DNA from: the human T2T-CHM13v2.0 reference genome, Homo sapiens
NCBI RefSeq assembly: GCF_009914755.1
Contig: NC_060926.1
Length of the DNA: 64,000 bases
Direction: 5' to 3' (one strand)
The stretch's first letter is position 1. Every line of letters begins with the position of its first letter. The position numbers and the translations under genes are program-made. Under the pieces are notes generated by a model. The model made no database searches. It had not been told where the DNA came from and was given only the letters and a program-made list of their open reading frames with translations. Positions 56,740 through 64,000 of this stretch are shown in pieces.

Positions 56740-57200
56740 CTGTCCTTAGCCATTGCGACCTCAGTTCCTGCAGGTGACAGTATGGCTTTCTGCTGATTTA
56801 TTAAAAATCTCCCATTTTATGGCTCCTGTGTACTCTCTGGAGTGTGATCATGTGACCAGTATAATGACAATCTGTCTCCCTGCTAACATTTCTCTACTTT
56901 GGTTATTTGTTTGATAAAGTGAGGAGCTTCCCTTTTGTTGCCCTTCATCAGAGCTTAATGTCTTTACTTTGGGATCAATATACTTTATGAATAATTTTAT
57001 TTCCTTCTATTTTTATGGTCTTTTCTCCTCATTATCATACTGAGTTTATTAGCTGGTGCTGTCAGTATCTTTACCCTGTCATATGTTCCTGAGGTACAGT
57101 AAATATCACTTGTGTTGTAATTAATATGCACACCCTCTGCAGTAATTAAAGTACAGACCCCTTCAACCAGCTGAGCTTCCTACACTAATTCCACCTTATC
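56740..57200. promoter_or_regulatory. Candidate HOX/PBX/MEIS enhancer
   Basis: TGACAG, TGATTTAT and TTTTATGG within 48 bp, with further copies downstream. Confidence 0.4.
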
Positions 57201-57707
57201 TTCATAATGAACTTATTGTAATCTGAAACTACTACTGAATATTGTTCAGTAAGACTAGAAGAATGAAATCTAACGAGATGCAATAATATTTGTGAACATG
57301 TTAATATAAAAAATGAATTTAATTAGCCTAAATCTAATTAAATTTCCCATACAATTAAAAGCACCCCCCTTCTTTCCATTTTTTAAAAACTAACAAGTTT
57401 CATACTATTGCCCTTTCAGTTATTTCTACAAAGAAGCAGGCTGGACAAATGCTTTTTCCCCATAAAATACACAGAGGAAGACCTACAGAATCCAGAAATT
57501 GTGTCATTACATAGTGGAAAAATAGCTGAGTCCCTCTGAAGAACTACTATGTGAAACAGAAAACTTGCAAGAATTTTTGAACAAACCAGAAATCTGACCC
57601 TTCTAAAAAAGTATTGAACCAATTTGCCAGTTAAAGCTATATTTTTAAAATATTTAATACCATTTGTACATTTCAGATGCACAGTCCCTGTCCCCAAGAA
57701 ACTTATG

Positions 57708-58132
57708 TATTTTTTATTGCATATAGTTAAGATGTACAACATGATGTTTTCATATACATATACATAGTGAAATGATTACTATAGTCAAGTAAATTAACAT
57801 ATCCATCATCTCACATTATTACTTTTTTTTGTGCGTATGTGTAAGAGCACCTAAAATCTTCCCTCTTGACAAATTTCCAGTACGCCATAGAACATTATTA
57901 ACTCTAGTCTTCATGCTGCACATTAGACCACTACACTTAATCATCCTACATTACTGCCACTTCTTACCTACATCTTCCCATTTCTTACTCTACCCTTACC
58001 TCAGGTAACCACTTTTCTACTCTTTGTCTCTATGTATAGTACTTGACTTTTTTTTTTTTTTCAGATTCCATATAAAAGTGAGGCCATGCGTTATCTTTCT
58101 TTCTGTGTCTGGCTTATTTCACATAGCATAAT
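57708..58132 (-). mobile_element. L1MA7-9-like 3' end
   Basis: 'gtacaacatgatgtttt...catagtgaaatgattactatagtcaag...tctgtgtctggcttatttcacatagcataatg'. Confidence 0.9.
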
Positions 58133-58742
58133 GAAGCAGTATTTTGATGAAGGAAATACACATTTAAATTCAGCAGGTATTTATTGGACATCTTCTAGAA
58201 AGAACACAGACACTGGATGGTATAGAATTTCTAAGCAAGATGAAAAAGGGAAAGTCTATAACTAAATTTGCACCTTAATAGACAGGAGAGAGACCATTTT
58301 TTGCAGGGCACTGGCTGGTGCTCCAGATATTCAGTTTTGCTGGAGAAGAGGGTCTGTGTGAGTTAGGAATACAATAGTTCCCTGTGCCACAAAAGACTAA
58401 GTCAAGATACATAATTGGCACAAAGGAGAAACATGATGAGGAACTGCATGCACGTTTAATATTACACTTACCTTGTCACAAAACATTTCAATAAGGAAAG
58501 TGAGTGCTTAAAGTGCAGACCCACAATAGGCAGAGAGCTGGCAAACGAGTCTGAAAATTGGGTGAAGGGAGAGACATGACCACAACAGTGCCAATAAATG
58601 AGATTATTTCAAGGTGGAAAGAGGTTACCAGTAGGGTAGAGCCCTGCTTTTTAATTATTCACAGTAATGACTTGGATCTTGAAGTGAAAGGAATCATTTC
58701 CAAGATTGTAGTGCAGGCAGCACAGTACTCAGGACTGGTAGA

Positions 58743-58751
58743 ACACACACA

Positions 58752-58785
<34 letters not shown>
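58743..58785. repeat. Interrupted (CA)n microsatellite
   Basis: About 21 CA units with one TA interruption. Confidence 0.95.
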
Positions 58786-59498
58786 GATCTACAACTTCCT
58801 GAGAATTTAAAAGTGGTTTAGTGGTCAAAACATCTGACAATTAAGACAGAACATTTACTCTACAGTTGTTGTTTTTTGTTTTCTTTAAAACCACCCCTGT
58901 TTATAGGAGATGAAATTTGTATGACATGTTACCTAACGGATTACTTGGAAGGAGGTCACCAAGTGATGTCATCCTTGCAGTGGCAGAATCCAAATTCCAC
59001 CATACCTGGCACCTATCTGGCACTCTCAGAGAAATGATGGATTGGCTTCCCAAAAAAATCAACATCTCCTTCCCTACTGGACTTGATATGAACATAATTG
59101 GGAAAGAAGGCAGAAGCAGATAGGGCAGCATCCTAATTTAATACTATAAAATTATTAGCAGTCTTGCCTTCAGATATGAGAGGTCTTTGGACAGTGTTGC
59201 CCACCGAGACCCCCACCACCGCTTCTAATGCCAGACATCGATTCTCTCCTTTTTTCATCCTGAGCCTCTAGTTAGAAATTACACTTTTCTTTTTTCTTAA
59301 TGCATTAAGTATATAAAAATGTGAGAACCTAGAATCATCTCATGCCATTTCTTAATATAATAAAATGAAGAAAATATGAATTGTATGTCAATTATCCCAG
59401 TCAGAAGACACAAGAGTCCTAAGTAGAAATCTGATATAGTCTAGGGAATTATCCAAAAAAGCAAACTTCCAATATCTCTTTATAACATCAAGCTTCAG

Positions 59499-59526
59499 AA
59501 AAAAAAAAAAAAAAAAAAAAAAAAAA
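59499..59526. repeat. (A)28
   Basis: Direct count. Confidence 0.95.
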
Positions 59527-62424
59527 CACAAGTAATATGCTGAGATGTATTGCTAAAGCTATGTATTACAAATCTAAGGAACTAAAATAAAGTTAGACAT
59601 TCTCTAGAAGAGTGCTCACTATATTTTAAGGAAGATTTAAATGTACTTCAAAAGGGCGTCATAGAGAAAACTGAATGATACTTATACCAAAGATAAATTA
59701 CAAAGAAAATATGGACTGTTTTGCTGCTAAAAAATAAAACCAAAGTAGATGTCATCTATGATACCTGATAGGAACTATGTTTTTTAATGTTGAACCTGAC
59801 CATCAAAAGGCAACCTAAGCAGAAGGAAATCTAATAGGAATGAGTGGAGACCCTAAAAGACATACTTTAAAAATTCCTCTTTGATCAAGTCTTAGTTAAG
59901 AGTGGCTTCTGAAAATAATTAAACCCAGAATGTCAGCTCATTTACAGTGAAGGCAAGGCATGAGTGTACTTGTGTATGTGTGTCTGTTTGTCTGTGTATA
60001 TATATTTGTATACATGAAAAGGCAAAAATTCAAGCTCAGAAAATTAAGTAATGTGAAATTTCGTTTGGTATACTTTTCTAGTATATTAACTAAAAATACA
60101 ATCAGGTGTATTTATATTTGTATATTGTAAATTTAAGTTTATTAATTTACATTTGTTCATCTTCAAGCTTTTTGTTCAATTCACTTTAGGACCTATGCCT
60201 AATGCAAAAGAATAGTCTCAAAGGGCAGCAAACTTTCTAAAAATTAACATCACTCTTGCTCATGAATTATTTTTGAAGGATGGTTTTCACTTTAGGCAAA
60301 TATTTTATGACTCATGATTTATTTTACATACTCAGAATAGTTTGGGAGAAATGATACTGTATATACATTATTGTACTACTCTACAAATTATATGATAGTA
60401 TTTATAACTCAGTGGATGCTTTCTTGGAAAGCAGATATACTTTTACTTGCTCAATGGTGAGGTTAGTGACAAAGTCTAGGAACATAAGTAGAAGAGAGTT
60501 CTATGCATGATTTGTACACCTGTGGGGTGTGTGGGGTGTTCCACTTTAAACCACCATTTGGTGACATACTTTTGACTGAATAACAACTTTTTAGCAGGCC
60601 GGATTCATAAGGAACATGTCATTAAGAAGGGTTTCATAGTGAGGCTCATGATGCCTTCTTCTGTCCCTCTGATCAGTTTATGTACTGTACCATTGGCCTC
60701 TTAACATTACTCCGTTAAAACAAAGAATAAAACATGACAACTGAAGGATAAATGAGATGGAAATAGATATAGAACATTCTAGAAAGCTTATATGCAAGAA
60801 ATTCTTGAAAGAAGACATTAATGAGAAAGAGAAAGTTTGAAAAAATGGAAAAGCTAAGCTATTCTAGTTGTGTGTATACATATATGTACTGTATATATTT
60901 TCATTCAAAATATATATTCTCATTATATATGTGTATATATATATACTTATTCTTTAATAACTTAATACTACTGACGTGTATAAAATGCAAACAGCAATGT
61001 TTACCCCCTCTTCTTTCCAGAATTATGGAAATGAGTTTAACAATGTATACAAACACTTTACTAAATGTTAGTATTGTCACAATTTTCTTCTGCAGTTATC
61101 ACTTTCCTTTGGTTATAAAAGCCTTAATTGTGTTACCATATGTAAAAGCAAAACCAGAAACTCCAGTTTGCCATCCTTTTATTTTCCAGCTTACTGAATG
61201 GGATTCTAAAATTAAATTTCAATGGCTTGCAAAACTCCTCTCTCAAAATAACACAGAAGTGATTGAAGGCATTTTTAGCTACACCTGCTCAACCACTAAT
61301 TTAATGAGAGAATGCCTTAGAAATTGCAACTGGTAAATATGACCATATTGTTGGTATGAACTAAGAGATATCTCACAGTACAGGTAGCTCAAGTGGAGCC
61401 AATCTTTACTTATACTCTGATTCATCCAGCTTTCTTCATAGCTAGCTTCTGTTTCAAATAAGGAACATGCAGAACTGCTCGTTGAGTGCTCAGCATATTC
61501 AGACGTTCCTTCTTAGTCATGTGTTGAGGAATGGAATGGTGAAGGGCTAGAAAAATTACCCCGCCATGTGCATTCGGCATTAAGACAGAGCACCCGAAGA
61601 TGAGCCAGAGCAAATATGTTAATCATAATTCTATATTACACGATTCCTTCCACCCAGTATTGTGTGGAGATATATGTATATATATACAGTAATGTTGTTG
61701 AAGCCACCATGGGAAAGGAACCAGATATTTGTTTTTAAGCATTATAGGCTTTATGCCTGAATTTTATAAATGAGGAGGTTACCTGTGTGCCTTTAAGAAA
61801 ATACTGAGAAACTTTTCTGTGCCTCAGACAGAAAATATAAATTGTGAACTTATTTAATGGCTTACCTTCCAAAGTAGAACAAAAAGAGAGAGTTATTGAG
61901 GTAACTAAAACAAAGTAAGAAATACGGCAAAAAAAGAGAAAAATACTTTTCCCCAGGTCTGAATCCAGCAGCTGAGAACACACGAAGGAGATGAATGAAC
62001 TGAAATGGTATTTGCGGTAGAAGAGATAGATGCTGAGCTGTTACTTCTTGTGATGCTATGAGGTATTTATAACAACAAAAGACCCTCTTGAAAATAAAAT
62101 CAGCATCCAGTTTCTCAGCAACAAACAACCTTCAGACGCCACAAGCAGTATACTACCTTAAACACTAGTGTATCCTACAGATGTTACTAATTACTTCAGT
62201 AAAATTTTATATTTTATTTATAAGCTGCGTCTACATTCGGATGCTACTTTCAGACTATTATTTCTCTTAATAAGCTCCTTTACCCTTATCTATAATAATG
62301 AAGGTAAACCTGGAGAAAAATATTTTTCCAGCCTGTGTCTCCATCCTAAAATTCGAATCAAATCATAGCATATAAAACTCCTTAAGTTTGAAGTGTGGTA
62401 CTTAGTTTTTAAAAAGGAAATATT

Positions 62425-62751
<327 letters not shown>

Positions 62752-63756
62752 TCAATAATGATTTTTTTTATTTTCCAAAGAGTATCACGGAGTTCACTTT
62801 TCTCATTAAAAAATAATAATATGCATGTAGTGTTTGACATTTCCCTTGTGAGCTGCAAAATCTAGAAATCAGGGGACATTGCTGAAACATCTGTTATTTC
62901 ACATTTTCCATTGAATGACTTCCATGATCAGATGGACAAAAGACAATTACTACCATGCTTTTAGTCATTAGAGGTATTACAGTTTCTAGTAGTTGGCTTT
63001 TTGATGTTTCTACTGTCTCTTGGTATAGGTATATCCAAAGTGGAACAGAGGTGATAAGTTATCTTAGTCTGCCTGGTGCACCAACTGGTATCATATTGGC
63101 CTGAAATATTTTTCTGTATGTCATAAAGCTCTTGGAATTAAGAGATTCTTTGCATGCAAAGTAAAACACAATCTATTGAGTTGTAACTCTGATGAAAAAT
63201 TTTGCTAAAATCTGAGACACATTATTTGTCAAATAAGATTTTGTGTTCTATGCCATATCAAAGAAACATGTTGACAAATGAAGAGTTAAGTAAATTACAC
63301 ATGAGATAAGTGTTTGTCTTGATTTGCTTGGGGGTATTGTGTATGTGTGTTTGTTTTTCTTTGTTTCAGTTTGTTTCTCTGGTTTGTTGTTTTTCTTATT
63401 ATGTCATGCCAAACAGTAAATTTGATAGATTAATTTTTTTTATCATGGTAGTGACCTAATTAGACAGGTTGTTTTATTTGCAGTTGTTTAGCACACAGTC
63501 ACATAGACACAGCCTAAATCAAGACTTTACATATTAAAAAAGTTAGAAATTTTAAAGAAACACTACACAAAACTGGGTAGAAATTGGAGAGTTCATAAAT
63601 AATCTACTCTGACTTCTGATTCCAAATCCACTTCCAAATTTTTGTTAGAGTTTTATGACATATTCTGTTAAAAAAAAAAAAAGACAAAAAGGTGTAAGAA
63701 ACACTCATTACGTGGCTTAAAAATGAACATTGAAATCACTCTGCTGATTCTGTTTT

Positions 63757-64000
63757 CCACAGGCAGTCACAACAATACCTCCATCTCACATACCCTTCTT
63801 AAATGTGACTTGGACACTATTCCCATGAAGAAATGGTCTGTGTTTCCTACCTTAAAAATGGGCTGGCTTTGTGACTATTTTGACTAACAGTGTATGGCAG
63901 AAATGATGTTATTGACTTTTTGTGTCTAGGTCATTAATGACCAAGAAGCTTCTGCTTTGTTGGCTAAAATACTTGTTCCTGAAAGCTTGCAAGAAGTCTG
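63757..64000 (+). mobile_element. MLT1F/G/H-type MaLR LTR running off the window end
   Basis: 'tgggctggctttgtgactattttgactaacagtgtatggcagaaatgatg...ctaggtcattaa'. Confidence 0.75.

Noticed and set aside
60821-61336. 171-aa ORF
   Set aside because: N-terminal part is TA/TG low-complexity sequence; no recognisable domain or splice/promoter context. PhyloCSF would settle it.

Overview
AT-rich primate genomic DNA, probably human or another catarrhine given the AluJ/S/Y copies. I cannot identify the locus. I find no supportable protein-coding gene, tRNA or rRNA. The longest ORFs in the track lie in a GC-rich LTR, Alu or L1 5'UTR; the rest are short, low-complexity or unrecognisable. Positions ~1-33 kb are repeat-rich: a fragmented old L1M carrying nested insertions (truncated AluSp, a probable L1 3' transduction, a 2.27-kb MER52-type solo LTR, an HSMAR2 end), an internally deleted THE1D, several L1 3' ends, Alus, Tigger4b, MER34, MLT1A, L2 and MIR. 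Positions ~35-62 kb are poor in young repeats (no Alu from 25.3 to 62.4 kb) and hold several CpG-retaining, motif-dense unique blocks that look like non-coding regulatory elements, plus a few candidate non-coding exons. Repeat family names come from recalled consensus sequences, not a search. The best-supported unusual item is the TSD-bounded, three-layer nested insertion at 7024-9947. I see no evidence of a new biological system.
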